Shown here one piece after another: positions 8,224 to 18,488 of a stretch of 64,000 bases of DNA. The stretch spans positions 25-64,024 of the forward strand of contig JAAYZK010000188.1 of NCBI GenBank assembly GCA_012514895.1, read 5' to 3'. Within the stretch, counting starts at the first letter, position 1. Each line of letters starts with the position of its first letter. The translations under genes were made by a program, and so were the position numbers. Under the pieces are notes generated by a model that worked only from the letters and a program-made list of their open reading frames with translations, searched no databases and was not told the origin of the DNA. Source of the DNA: Planctomycetota bacterium (GTDB lineage Bacteria; Planctomycetota; Phycisphaerae; SM23-33; FEN-1343).

Positions 8224-11200
8224 TCACGCCGGCAGGCGATGGAGATCGGCCAGCAGGTCGGCGCCCCCGGCGCGGGGGGCATGCATCCTGCGGCGCCCGC
8301 GGCGCAGCGGCGCCGGCCGCCTGGACCCCGCCGCCGCAACGTCCGCGGGTTCCGCCGCACCGCCACCCGAATCGGACCACTCCAACGGTCCCACGGAGGT
8401 GCCGAATCGCTGCTTGAGGATGACGAAGTCATCCAGGTCCACTGCGCCGCTCAGGTCGAAATCGCCGTGGCCGGTCCCCGCACCGGTCTGGCCGAAATAC
8501 TGCTTGAGGATGACGAAGTCGTCAAGATCCACCGTGCCGGTGCCGTCGGCGTCGGCGGGCAGGTTGGCCACGTAGAAGACGTAGTCCTCCTCCAGGCCGG
8601 TGATCGGCGTGGCGCGGACGGTCACCTCCAGCCAGCCGCCCAGTACGGCCTCGTTGGGGTCGGCGACGGCGTCCCGGTCGTTGGTCGCCCAGGCCAGGGT
8701 TACGCGGTCGCTGCCGTCATCGCCGTCGCGGCTGCGGACGAGGATGTCCATGGGTTCGGGCGCGGCGCCCCACGCGCCGGGATCGCCACCCTGGCCGGTG
8801 CGGAACAGGAAATCGGACGTACTGAGCGACCCACCGGGCAAGTTCATGTCGATCATCAGGCCCGTCAGACCGTGGCTGAAGGCCGTGATGTGGGCCGGGC
8901 CGCCGGTGCCGCCGGGCAGCAGCACGCCCTTGCCGGTGTCGATCGCCCCGTCGTCGGCCGCGTTGACCGCCGGGTCGAAGCCGTCCAGGACCGAGTCGTT
9001 GTAGAACACGTGCGCGGCCAGGACGACGCCGTGGTCGATGACGCCGAAGTTGACGTCCCTAACCGAGTCGTTGTCGAGGAGCGTCACGTCCTGGACGCCG
9101 TTGGGGGGGGCGAAACGCACCCAGGGGGGCAGCGTCTGGAGGGCCACAACACACTCGCCCGGCAGCACGCCGCTCAGCAGGTAGTCGCCCTGGGCGCCGC
9201 TGGTCGCCGCGGGGTCCCCCGTGGTCACGGAGACCTCCCACTGTGCCAGGACGCCGCTGTTGCCGGGGACGAAGTCTCGGACCTCCAGCCGCCACAGGCC
9301 GTTGGGGTCCTGGCCGTTCAGGGCCGCCAGGGCTTCCATGGGCCTGTAGCTGCCGCTGAAGGGCCAGGTGGCGTAGCTGATGGGCCAGGCGGCCTGGTCG
9401 TCCAGGAGGGTGCCCATGAAGCCGTCGGCGTCGCCCCCGATCCCGGCCATCAGCAGCACGCGGGTGCCCTGCGGGCTGAGGAGGTAGACCGCCAGGTCGC
9501 TGTCGCACGTGTGCATGAGGGTCAGGCGGACGTTGACGTCGAGGATCCGTCCGTTCAGCCCCTCGACGGGGATAGTCGATGCGGCCGCGCCGTTGTCGAT
9601 GAGAGTCGTCGAGGCGGTCTGCGCCAGGGTCGTGGGCGGATCGAGATCCCTCTGCCCGTCGCCGTCGACGTCCAGGTAGACGGTCTGGCCTTCCACGCCC
9701 GGTTCGCGCGGACCGCGGTGGCCATTCTCGTCCCGGTCATCCCAGACGGCGCCCTGCACCTGCGCGACGCGCGTGCAGGCGAAGTCGACCGGCCAGAGGA
9801 CTCCGCCGCCGCCCATGGGCAGGACGTGCCAGGGCAGGGGTCGCGGGGCCGTCTGCACCCAGCCGGCCGGCACCTCCTGGGCGACGGCGTACCACCGCGC
9901 CGGCAGGGCCGCGCCGAGGTAGAAGCCGTTGGCGTCGGTGGCCACGTCCAGATCGCCGACCTCCAGCGATAGGGTGAAGTTGTCCAGGAGCCCCTCGACG
10001 CCGTTGGCGACGTCATCGCTGACGACCAGGCGCCAGACGCCGTTGGGGTCCTCGCCGACCAGGTCGGCCAGGGACCCCTGGGGGCGGTACTCCCCCGACA
10101 GCGGCCAGGCCGCCTCGGCGATGGACACTGCGGCGGTGTCGCGGAACCAGGTGTTGTCGAAGTCGTCGTTGTTGCCTCCCACGCCGTGGACCAGCGCCAC
10201 CCGGGTGCCCCAGGGGCTGACCAGGTCGACGCTCAGATCGCCGACGCGGCTGTGGTCGATGTCGATCCGCGCGGCGGCCTGCCGGATGAATCCAGCCAGG
10301 CCGTTGACGCGGATTTCCGACACGACGGTCCCGCGGTCGTCGATCCCCCAGTTGGACGTGTTGGTCGCCATGGCCGGGCGGGTGTCGAAGATGCCGTTGA
10401 GGTTGCCGTCTGCGTAGATCCGAACGCCCGCCAGGCCGCTGTCACCGGCCGTGGGGCCGTCGCCGCTGGTGTCCTGGAAGACGGTGCCGGCCAGGAGGCC
10501 GTCGGCGGCCGAGCCGAAGCTCACGGACGCCCCCTGGGCGGAGGCGGTCAGAACGGTCTGCCCCGTGTCGCGGCGGACGCTGACGTGGTCGATGTAGTAG
10601 TCCGGGAAGCTCGCCGACAGCTTGCCGCGGAAGGCGAGCGTGCCCTCCTCGACGGGCCACGGCGCCACGGCGTGTGCTTCCCACGCAGTGGCGGGGCTGC
10701 CGTTGGCGGGGAAGAGCCGCGCGGTGATGGTGTCGGTCAGGCCCCATTCGATGTCCAGGCGGTACCACAGGCCGGCGGCGAGCGTGCCGAACGTCTCGTC
10801 GGTCAGGCAGAACGTCCGGACGTCGGCGGTGTCCCACCCGCCCGTCCACTGCCAGATGGCCAGGCGGCCGGGTCCGCCGCCGGCCATGCTCAGCCCGGGG
10901 TGCACCGCGACGGCGAGCGTTCCGGCGTCGCAGGCCCCGAAGCCCACCCACGCCCAGCCGCCCTGGCTGGCGCCGGCGGGGAAGCTCAGGTACGCCGAGA
11001 TCGTGTCGCCCCTGCGGACGACAGGCGCCGCCTCGGTGCCGACCAGCCATCGGCCCGCGATCAGACCTTGCGCGCCCTCGTAGGCCGCCTCGGCCGACAG
11101 CGTGCCGCCGCCGCCGGCCTCCCGCTGGACATAGCGGCTCAGGTCGGCCTCGAAATCCTCGATGACGCTCTGGCCGGCCGGTCGGGGCCGCGTCGGTGAA

Positions 11201-13935
11201 CGCAGGGCCGTAAGCTGCTGGCGGATCGTCAGCGGTCCGGGCGGCAGGTTTTCGAAGGCGTAGGCGCCCTGGGCGTCCGTCGTGGTGACGATATCGCCCA
11301 AGGTCAGCTTGAGCGACCAGAAGGCCAGCGTCCCGGCCTGGCCGTCGTATGTGTCGGTCACCCGCAGCGTCCAGTTCCCCCCGGGCAGTTCCCCGTCGAA
11401 GTCGGCCAGCGGGCTGCAGGGCCGCCATCTGCCGGTAAAGGGGTTGTGCTGCCCGCTGGCCTCTTCGATGCTCCAGCCGGCCTCGTCGTCGAAGATCGTC
11501 CCGGTGAAGTCCTCCCCGTCCTCGCCGTTGAGGCGGGTCAGCCGGACGGTGGTGCCCTGGGGGCTGATCAGATCGACGACAAGGGTGCCGACATGGGGAT
11601 GGGTGATGTTGAGGTAGACATCGACGTCGGCGATGGGGGCGGAATCGCTGCCGATGGGGATGATCGATTCGACGGTGCCGGGGTCGGGGATCGCCACGGG
11701 GCCGGTCGAATCGCCCTGGACCGTGACGGTGTTCATGACGCCGTTGTCGTCGAGGTCGACGTACACGGGAATCCCCGCCAGTCCACCCTCGGCCGGTCCG
11801 GGCACCGTGGCGATGAGCCCCCAGAGATTCAGCGTGCCGACGTCGCCGGCGGCCTCGTCGCAGACCTCCAACGTCCAGGTGCCGCTGAGCGTCTCGCCGT
11901 CGAAGGCCGCCAGCGGCTGCTCGGGCCGATAGGCGGCAGTGAAGGGCGCGTCGGAGGGGGTGACGGTGCCGATGCCCGCGGGGGCCTCGTCGTCCAGCAC
12001 CGTGCCGCTGAAGTCGTCTCCCGGCCCGCCGGCGTGCGCCACGAGGATGACGCGGGTTCCGGCGGGGCTGACCAGGTCCACCCTCAGGTCGCCGACGAAG
12101 GTGTGGGCGATGTCCAGGTACACGTCGAGGTCGGCGACGGTGGCCCCGGGGCGGTCCAGGACGATCGTCGAGACGGCCATGGATCCGTCGGGGATGGGCA
12201 GAGCGGGCGTCGCCGAGGCGCCCAGCGTCTCGGTGAGCCAGTCCTGGTGGACGCCGTCGGCGTTGCGGTCGTCGAAGACGCGTCCGCGGACGTCGCCGGC
12301 CGGGCCGATGCCGAAGTTGACCGTGTGGTACTCGCCCTCGTCGAGGGTGACCAGTTCGGTGCCCGGGCGAAGGTTTCCGCCCCAGGTGACGTCGTCGCCG
12401 CCGAAGGGGGATTCCAGGACGATGCGGTACGAGCCGGCGGGCTGGTTGAGCAGTTCGAAGCGGCCCTGGGCGTCCGTGAAGTCGCTGACCTCGTCGGCGT
12501 CATGACGGTTGTTGCCGTTGGCGTCAAGGAAGACCTTCTGCATGGCCGCGGGGGCGGCGTTCTCGCCCGGGTCCTTCACCCCGTTGCCGTTGGGGTCGAT
12601 GAAGACCTGCCCGCGGATGCCGACGGCGTGGTAGACGTGGCTGAAGTTGATGTACTCGACATCCGTGCCGCGCAGTTCGACAGGCCGGTCGGTGAAGCCG
12701 TCGGGGATGTACTCCAGCCCCTCGATGACGTAGGGTCGGGCCCAGCCGCCGAAGTCGTTCCACCCGTCGGGGATGCCGAAGTCGAAGCTCGAACGGATGG
12801 TGGTGGTGTGGCCGTTGGCGGGGTTGACCGTCCCCAGTCCGTCCGAGGCGGTCCAGAACGTCAGGGTCTGGGGGTTCCATTCGGCGGCCGCGTCGCCGAC
12901 CTGGGCCTCGATCCGCTCCAGTTGGGCCCCGGTGGCCTTGTCGATGCGAAAGAGCTTGCCGGCGAACACGTAGAGGTTGCCGTTTGCGTCGAACTGGATG
13001 TCGCCCGGCCAGTCGTTGTCGCCGCCCAACAGCCACACGGTACCCACGTCGTCGGTGCCGTCGTTCAGCGGGCCGATGTCGTCCAGGTCCGTCTTCCACA
13101 GCCATCGGCGGTTATACGTGGTGTTCCACGGCCAGGCGTAGTCGTCGCCCAGGCCGCCGTAGACGACACGGCCGCTGCCGGTGGGGTCGAAGTCCAGCCC
13201 GCCCCCGTACGAAAGGTCGTGGTCCGGGTCGGTGACCCACGCGGCCTGGGCGAAGGGCATTCCCGGCTCCCAGTGGAGCGACACGAGATGTGCTTCACAG
13301 TCGAAGAACAGGTTCCACGACGCCGAGCCCTGGTCCTGGGTCTGCGTCAGGTACCAGCCGGGCCGGCCCGGGACGGCGGTCAGCCCGGCGTAGTTGACGC
13401 GGTGCGGGCTCTGGCCCCCCAGGGGCGAGCTGGTGTCGAGGATGGGAAACCGGTTGGCGGCGAAGCCGGTGTCGGGGTCGATCTCCCAGAGGGAGGCGTA
13501 GTTGTCGGTCGTCTGGTCGGAGGCGTAGGGGCCGATCCTGCCGGAGTCCTCCCACGAGCCCAGGCCGATCAGGCGGCCGAAGGTCTCGGCCGTCCAGTAC
13601 CGGCTGTCCTTCGGCATCGCGGCGATGTTGTAGTTCCCTGGCGGCGTGTCGGCAAACTCGTAACGTCCGGCGGCGTCGGTCACGACGGCGCGTTCGCCGG
13701 CGTCCACCTTGCCGTTGCGGTTGTCGTCCATGAACACCGTCGCCCCCGCCACGCCGCCGCCGCCGTTGGCCTGGATGACGTAACCGCTGATGGAGGCCGC
13801 CAGCAGCACCCGCCTCTCCAGCGGCTCGAAGGCCGCCGGACGGTCTCGAAGCTCCCGGACGCCCCGCGTGCCTTCGAGAAGGGGAGAACCGCCCCGTCCA
13901 TTGCCGCCCTCGCCGGCCCACCCATTGTGTGACAT
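8224..13935 (-). CDS. Giant secreted LEPR-xLL protein with SdrD-B-like repeats, four proprotein-convertase P domains, a planctomycete C-terminal domain and a dockerin-like module
   Basis: 'FEPLERRVLLAA'; five 'G.V..D.N.NG / TDA.G.Y.F' repeats; four 'H....L.V.L.SP.GT...W.L.V.D' P domains; C-terminal 'DLDDFVILK..FG' twice. Start placed at ATG 13935 (the track begins at 14034). Confidence 0.85.
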   Translation of the reverse strand: MSHNGWAGEGGNGRGGSPLLEGTRGVRELRDRPAAFEPLERRVLLAASISGYVIQANGGGGVAGATVFMDDNRNGKVDAGERAVVTDAAGRYEFADTPPGNYNIAAMPKDSRYWTAETFGRLIGLGSWEDSGRIGPYASDQTTDNYASLWEIDPDTGFAANRFPILDTSSPLGGQSPHRVNYAGLTAVPGRPGWYLTQTQDQGSASWNLFFDCEAHLVSLHWEPGMPFAQAAWVTDPDHDLSYGGGLDFDPTGSGRVVYGGLGDDYAWPWNTTYNRRWLWKTDLDDIGPLNDGTDDVGTVWLLGGDNDWPGDIQFDANGNLYVFAGKLFRIDKATGAQLERIEAQVGDAAAEWNPQTLTFWTASDGLGTVNPANGHTTTIRSSFDFGIPDGWNDFGGWARPYVIEGLEYIPDGFTDRPVELRGTDVEYINFSHVYHAVGIRGQVFIDPNGNGVKDPGENAAPAAMQKVFLDANGNNRHDADEVSDFTDAQGRFELLNQPAGSYRIVLESPFGGDDVTWGGNLRPGTELVTLDEGEYHTVNFGIGPAGDVRGRVFDDRNADGVHQDWLTETLGASATPALPIPDGSMAVSTIVLDRPGATVADLDVYLDIAHTFVGDLRVDLVSPAGTRVILVAHAGGPGDDFSGTVLDDEAPAGIGTVTPSDAPFTAAYRPEQPLAAFDGETLSGTWTLEVCDEAAGDVGTLNLWGLIATVPGPAEGGLAGIPVYVDLDDNGVMNTVTVQGDSTGPVAIPDPGTVESIIPIGSDSAPIADVDVYLNITHPHVGTLVVDLISPQGTTVRLTRLNGEDGEDFTGTIFDDEAGWSIEEASGQHNPFTGRWRPCSPLADFDGELPGGNWTLRVTDTYDGQAGTLAFWSLKLTLGDIVTTTDAQGAYAFENLPPGPLTIRQQLTALRSPTRPRPAGQSVIEDFEADLSRYVQREAGGGGTLSAEAAYEGAQGLIAGRWLVGTEAAPVVRRGDTISAYLSFPAGASQGGWAWVGFGACDAGTLAVAVHPGLSMAGGGPGRLAIWQWTGGWDTADVRTFCLTDETFGTLAAGLWYRLDIEWGLTDTITARLFPANGSPATAWEAHAVAPWPVEEGTLAFRGKLSASFPDYYIDHVSVRRDTGQTVLTASAQGASVSFGSAADGLLAGTVFQDTSGDGPTAGDSGLAGVRIYADGNLNGIFDTRPAMATNTSNWGIDDRGTVVSEIRVNGLAGFIRQAAARIDIDHSRVGDLSVDLVSPWGTRVALVHGVGGNNDDFDNTWFRDTAAVSIAEAAWPLSGEYRPQGSLADLVGEDPNGVWRLVVSDDVANGVEGLLDNFTLSLEVGDLDVATDANGFYLGAALPARWYAVAQEVPAGWVQTAPRPLPWHVLPMGGGGVLWPVDFACTRVAQVQGAVWDDRDENGHRGPREPGVEGQTVYLDVDGDGQRDLDPPTTLAQTASTTLIDNGAAASTIPVEGLNGRILDVNVRLTLMHTCDSDLAVYLLSPQGTRVLLMAGIGGDADGFMGTLLDDQAAWPISYATWPFSGSYRPMEALAALNGQDPNGLWRLEVRDFVPGNSGVLAQWEVSVTTGDPAATSGAQGDYLLSGVLPGECVVALQTLPPWVRFAPPNGVQDVTLLDNDSVRDVNFGVIDHGVVLAAHVFYNDSVLDGFDPAVNAADDGAIDTGKGVLLPGGTGGPAHITAFSHGLTGLMIDMNLPGGSLSTSDFLFRTGQGGDPGAWGAAPEPMDILVRSRDGDDGSDRVTLAWATNDRDAVADPNEAVLGGWLEVTVRATPITGLEEDYVFYVANLPADADGTGTVDLDDFVILKQYFGQTGAGTGHGDFDLSGAVDLDDFVILKQRFGTSVGPLEWSDSGGGAAEPADVAAAGSRRPAPLRRGRRRMHAPRAGGADLLADLHRLPA

Positions 13936-14064
13936 GGCCCCAGCCTTTCGATGCGGAGCGGCCCCGCGGACCGGCGCCCTCCGCGCGCCGTGATGTACCC
14001 CGAGTCCCCGCAGTGATCGCTGCGTCAGACCCACCAGCCTGACGGGGAGAGGAGAGGACCCCTT

Positions 14065-14094
14065 ATATTAGGGGACGCGGGGATCGGATGTCAA
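14065..14094 (-). promoter_or_regulatory. Sigma70-type promoter of the giant P-domain protein gene
   Basis: Minus strand TTGACA (14094-14089), 18 nt, TAATAT (14070-14065), an AT-rich island in GC-rich DNA. Confidence 0.55.
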
Positions 14095-14189
14095 CGGCCC
14101 GCGCGGAAAAAACCGCCCCGCCCGCCGCGCTGCCGGCCGGCCGGAGAGCGGCAGCCCGCCGGCAGCGCAAGCGGCGTACGACCCGACAG

Positions 14190-15476
14190 TTATCCGCGGC
14201 GCCGCGCGTAGCTCGACGCCACCTTGCCGATGGCCGCGGCGGTCTGGCGGACGTCGTCGTCGCTCCAGAACTCGGTCATCGAGAGGATGACGGCCGTCCG
14301 CAGGACCAGGTCCGCGTTGGGACAGTCGGCGGCGGCGTAGGGCAGGCGGCCGGGGGGGTACTGCGGCAGGTCGTAGGGGCAGACGAAGCCGTCGGCGCGG
14401 GGCGGGTAGATGGTCATCTTCTGGAACAGCTCCATCTGGTCCATCCGCTTGAGATAGAACGACGCCGGCACCCCCTCGGCGGCCAGAGCCCTGATCACCT
14501 CGTTGCGGCCGACGCCAAGGACATTCTCGTCGACGCGGAACATGTAGTAGTAGTGCGTCGATTCGCACCCGGCGGGGATCTCCGGCGGCAGAATGCCCGG
14601 CACGCCGGCGATCAGGCCGGTGAGCATGCGGCCGATCTCCGCGCGGCGGGCGCAGATGGCCTCGACCCTCCGCACCTGGGCCAGGCCCACGGCGCCGCAC
14701 AGTTCGCTCATGCGGTAGTTGGGGGCGAGGAACTGGCACTGGCGGCCCGTGCGCATGCCCCAGTGGTCGCGGGGATAGCACTTGTCGCAGAAAAGGGCCA
14801 TCCGCTGCGCGAGCGCCTGGTCGCCGGTGATGCACAGCCCGCCCTCGCCGGTGGAGATGTGCTTGAAGTCGTTGAGGCTGAAGCAGCCGATGTCCCCGAT
14901 CGTCCCGACCAGGCGGTCCCTGTACCGCGCCAGGTGCGCCTGGGCGCAGTCCTCGATGACGGCGATGCCGCGCGGACGGCACAGCTCGACGATGGGATCC
15001 GTGTCGGCGGGGGTGCCCGACAGGTGAACGACGATCACCGCCCGGGTCCGCTCGGTCAGGCGCGCCTCGACGGTGTCAGCCGTCATGTTGTACGTCCGCG
15101 GATCGACGTCCGTGAAGATCGGCACGGCGTTCTGGTACAGGATGCCGATGAACGTCCCGGCGTCCGTCAGCGTGCTGGTGACCACCTCGTCGCCCACCGT
15201 CACCCCGGCCGCGCCCATCGCCACGTGCAGCGCCGCCGTCCCGCTGGACGAGGCGGTGCAGTACGGCTTGCCGTACATCGCGGCGAACCGCTCGCAGAGC
15301 TCCCGCACCTTGCGCCCCTTGGCGTAGAACAGCGTGTTCTGCTCCAACGCCTCGCGCAGCTCCTCCATCTCCTCGTCGCCGAATCGCCGCCCGGTCGTGT
15401 AGGGCGTGGGCTTGGCCTTGGGGCCGCCTTCGAGAGCGAGCGGCTCGGCAGTAGTGTCACGGCGTGCGGTGGTCAT
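14190..15476 (-). CDS. DegT/DnrJ/EryC1/StrS family PLP-dependent aminotransferase
   Basis: 'SSGTAALHVA', 'VIEDCAQAH', 'FSLNDFKHISTGEGG' (PLP Lys), 'NYRMSEL'. Confidence 0.92.
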   Translation of the reverse strand: MTTARRDTTAEPLALEGGPKAKPTPYTTGRRFGDEEMEELREALEQNTLFYAKGRKVRELCERFAAMYGKPYCTASSSGTAALHVAMGAAGVTVGDEVVTSTLTDAGTFIGILYQNAVPIFTDVDPRTYNMTADTVEARLTERTRAVIVVHLSGTPADTDPIVELCRPRGIAVIEDCAQAHLARYRDRLVGTIGDIGCFSLNDFKHISTGEGGLCITGDQALAQRMALFCDKCYPRDHWGMRTGRQCQFLAPNYRMSELCGAVGLAQVRRVEAICARRAEIGRMLTGLIAGVPGILPPEIPAGCESTHYYYMFRVDENVLGVGRNEVIRALAAEGVPASFYLKRMDQMELFQKMTIYPPRADGFVCPYDLPQYPPGRLPYAAADCPNADLVLRTAVILSMTEFWSDDDVRQTAAAIGKVASSYARRRG

Positions 15477-17184
15477 GAATCAGGCTCCCTTCAGTGATGC
15501 CCTCGACCGCCAGGCCGTTGCAGGCGGAACGGTCGATGCCGGTGGTGCGGACAAGGACCTCGACCGGGTGCAGCCGCGGGTCGGGGTTCTCGACGATGAG
15601 TTGGTGCGCCTCGGCGTCGTAGCGCCACGCGTCGATCCGTTCCCCGTCGCGGAGGACGCCGGCCGGCCGCTCGGCCAGGGCCGCGCGCCACGTGTCGCCG
15701 TCGCGCGTCCAGCCGGTCACCGGATCGGCGCCGCTGACGATCACGCGGGCGCCCTCGGCGGCGCGGATCGTGAGGTCGTCGACGGTGGGGCGAATCGTCT
15801 CGCGGTACACCCCGGCACGGACCTCGATCGTCTCTCCGGCCGCGGCCGCGGCCACGGCGGCGCCGAGGGTCCTGAACGGCAGGCCGGGATAGCCGTAGAA
15901 GTCGTCGCTCGCCCCCGCGTGGGCCACGTCGACGACGTAGACGTTCGGGTACGCCAGGGCGCCGATGTCGCTGCCGTCCGGTCCGGCGTCGATGGCCGGG
16001 CTGCCCGGCCGGAGGCGGACGTTCGGCAGGGCGGCGCCGGGCGGCGCCTTGGGGTCCACGAACATCGGATCGGCGGTGACGGCGTGCGGGCCGCCGTTGC
16101 CGCGACGGATCGGTGAGAGGTTGTAGTCCACGATCGGAGCGTCGGCCTCCTGCTCGACGTAGCTGCGCACCCCCCCCTCGGGGCAGGCGAGGATGTTGCC
16201 CAGGACGAAGGCGCCGTGCGCCTTCGTGCCGACCTTCACGCCCTGGTACTTGCCGCCGATGACGGTGTTGTGCAGGGCGACGGCCCCGTGGTAGGCCGAG
16301 CCCTCGGGGGCCATGCGCGGCGTCCAGGACAACTGGAGGGGCACGCCGCCGCCGTCGGAGATGATGTTGCCCACGACCAGCGGACGGCCGGGGGCGCCGC
16401 GACGTTCGTTGCCCTCGATCATGAGGGCCTCGCTGCGGATGTGGTGCATCACGTTGCCGATGATGCGGAAGTTGCGGTTGTCGCTGTGGATCTCGATGGC
16501 GTCGGTGTGCGAGGGCGGCGGCGACTGGATGTTGTGGATGTAGTTGAAGGCCACGACGGTGTCGCGCCCGCTGCCGAGCTGGATGCCGTCTTCGACCTGG
16601 TTGGTGTGGATGCGGTTGCGGCTGAAGGTGCAGCGGTCGACGTCGTAGGTCCACCCGCCGCCCTGGATGCCCTGGCCGCCCAGGTCGTGGATGGAGTTGG
16701 CGTCGATGAGGCAGTCGCTGCCCCGGGGGATCCGCACACCGGTGCCGGCGGTATGGTGGATGTGGTTGGCGACCAGTTCAAGGTGGTCGCCTTCGTCCAT
16801 GTGCACGCCGACGCCGGCGGCGTTGCGGATCTCGAAGCCCTCGACGCGGATCCACGCCCGCTTGCTCAGATCGACGCCCGGAGCGCCTCCCTCGATGACC
16901 GGCCGCGCGTCGCCGTCGGCGACGCCGACGAACCGGATCGGCGCGGCGGGCGCCCCGCTGCGGGCCGGGCGGAACGTGCCGGGATAGCTGCCCGGCAGGA
17001 CGCGGACGGTGTCGCCCGGCCGGGCGGCCTCGGCCGCGCGGGCGAGCGTCGCCCACGGGCGGGCCTCGTCGCCGGGCCCGTCATCGCCCGCCCGGGGATG
17101 GGCGGGGTCGACGACATGCTCGGCCGCCGGAGCCGGCAGGGCCGGAATCCACAGCGCCAGGACTACAAGCGCCCATCGTGTCAT
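15457..17184 (-). CDS. Secreted right-handed parallel beta-helix (pectate-lyase-like, DUF1565-type) protein
   Basis: Start reassigned to ATG 17184 (GAAGGAGG RBS, signal peptide MTRWALVVLALW). '[25 protein letters not shown]', N-x-I-H beta-helix repeats, 'LRPGSPAIDAG...DIGA'. Confidence 0.8.
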   Translation of the reverse strand: MTRWALVVLALWIPALPAPAAEHVVDPAHPRAGDDGPGDEARPWATLARAAEAARPGDTVRVLPGSYPGTFRPARSGAPAAPIRFVGVADGDARPVIEGGAPGVDLSKRAWIRVEGFEIRNAAGVGVHMDEGDHLELVANHIHHTAGTGVRIPRGSDCLIDANSIHDLGGQGIQGGGWTYDVDRCTFSRNRIHTNQVEDGIQLGSGRDTVVAFNYIHNIQSPPPSHTDAIEIHSDNRNFRIIGNVMHHIRSEALMIEGNERRGAPGRPLVVGNIISDGGGVPLQLSWTPRMAPEGSAYHGAVALHNTVIGGKYQGVKVGTKAHGAFVLGNILACPEGGVRSYVEQEADAPIVDYNLSPIRRGNGGPHAVTADPMFVDPKAPPGAALPNVRLRPGSPAIDAGPDGSDIGALAYPNVYVVDVAHAGASDDFYGYPGLPFRTLGAAVAAAAAGETIEVRAGVYRETIRPTVDDLTIRAAEGARVIVSGADPVTGWTRDGDTWRAALAERPAGVLRDGERIDAWRYDAEAHQLIVENPDPRLHPVEVLVRTTGIDRSACNGLAVEGITEGSLIHDHRTP

Positions 17185-17201
17185 TTCGCCGCCTCCTTCA
17201 C

Positions 17202-18362
17202 TCAGCCGTCTGTCAGCCGCTTCCACGTGTCGATCATCGCCAGCGTGCTCTCCCACGGCATGATGGAGTGGGCCGAGACGCCGGGGGCGAAGATGAAGCC
17301 CGGGTGGTCGGCGAAGACCTCGAACGTCCGGCGCGACGCCTCGGCCGTGACCTGGGGGCCTTTCCACAGGTGATAGGTGCTGCTGGGGCCGATCCAGAGG
17401 CTCTTGGTCGCGCCCAGCCGGTCGCGGATCTGCTCCAGGTCCACGCCGTGGAAGCCGATGTCGATCCCGAACAGCGAATCGACGGACAGGGTGTCGAGGT
17501 AGTCGAGGATGGGCATCACGCCGGTGTGCAGGACGTAGCGGCTGAGCAGCCCGGCCGCCCGGGCGGCGTCGGCTTCGCGGTGAAGGGGGCCGCGGACGAA
17601 CCGTTCGAGCATGGCCGGACTGTAGAAGTCGCCCGTCTCGTAGAACCCGTTGCGGGAGATCATGTCGGCGCCGCACTCGGCCGCCAGCGCGACCCGCTTG
17701 AGGTTCACCTCGTTTTCCAGCTCCATGTACGCCTCGACCAGGGCCGGCTGGTCGACCGCCGCCACCATGAGCGGCTCGGCGCCGAACATCTTCATCGCCC
17801 CGGTGAGCCCCTCGCCGAACTGCGCCGCCAGGGCCAGCCGGTACTTCCCGGCGACCGGGCGGTACTCGGCGAAGATCCGACGCGTCGCCTCCTGCGAACG
17901 GCCGGTCGTGTCCCACCGCAGGATGTGCCGCAGGCAGTCCAGATCCCGCTCGTCGCGGATCCACGGCTTGACGAAATGGCCGACGTTGAAGTCGGACATC
18001 AGCGGGATGTCCTGCCCGTGGGCCCACAGCTCGTTGTAGCGGACCGACGCGTGCATCTCGCCGGCGGGGGTGTCGTAGGCCTTGTGCAGCAGCCCGTCGG
18101 CAATCCAGGTCCGCGACGTCACGCCCTCGGACGGGCGGCAGCCGTCCACGCCCACCGAGAGGACCTGGTCCAGGCCGAGCTGCCCGACCTGGTACGCCGT
18201 CCGCTCGGCGACCGTGGCCTCCTGCGGCCAGGGGAAGTTCCAGCACGTCCGCTGAGAGGGATACAGCGGGTTGAACGATATCGCACACGGCACGCGGTCG
18301 ACGGGCTGGCGGCGCATCGCCGCCAGGATCCGCTCACGGGGGGTCATGCTTTCAGCCACCAC
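17202..18362 (-). CDS. Uroporphyrinogen decarboxylase-superfamily (URO-D/MtaA-CmuA-like) protein
   Basis: N-terminal 'MTPRERILAAMRRQPVDRVP', 'YDTPAGEM', 'KPWIRDERDL', C-terminal 'GFIFAPG.S.....PWES'. Confidence 0.75.
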   Translation of the reverse strand: MVAESMTPRERILAAMRRQPVDRVPCAISFNPLYPSQRTCWNFPWPQEATVAERTAYQVGQLGLDQVLSVGVDGCRPSEGVTSRTWIADGLLHKAYDTPAGEMHASVRYNELWAHGQDIPLMSDFNVGHFVKPWIRDERDLDCLRHILRWDTTGRSQEATRRIFAEYRPVAGKYRLALAAQFGEGLTGAMKMFGAEPLMVAAVDQPALVEAYMELENEVNLKRVALAAECGADMISRNGFYETGDFYSPAMLERFVRGPLHREADAARAAGLLSRYVLHTGVMPILDYLDTLSVDSLFGIDIGFHGVDLEQIRDRLGATKSLWIGPSSTYHLWKGPQVTAEASRRTFEVFADHPGFIFAPGVSAHSIMPWESTLAMIDTWKRLTDG

Positions 18363-18488
18363 GATGCTCCATTTGCTCGAAAAGAGACTCTCTTACGCCA
18401 CGGCCCTCCAGTGTAACCGGGGGCCTTGGCGCTGTCGTTGGGCGATGCTACAATCGGTTGCACAGAATAACTTTTGCGAGAAGCACCC

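Noticed and set aside
17185-18288. N-terminal extension of ORF 15457..18288
   Set aside because: It overlaps the URO-D gene out of frame; the true start with RBS and signal peptide is at 17184.
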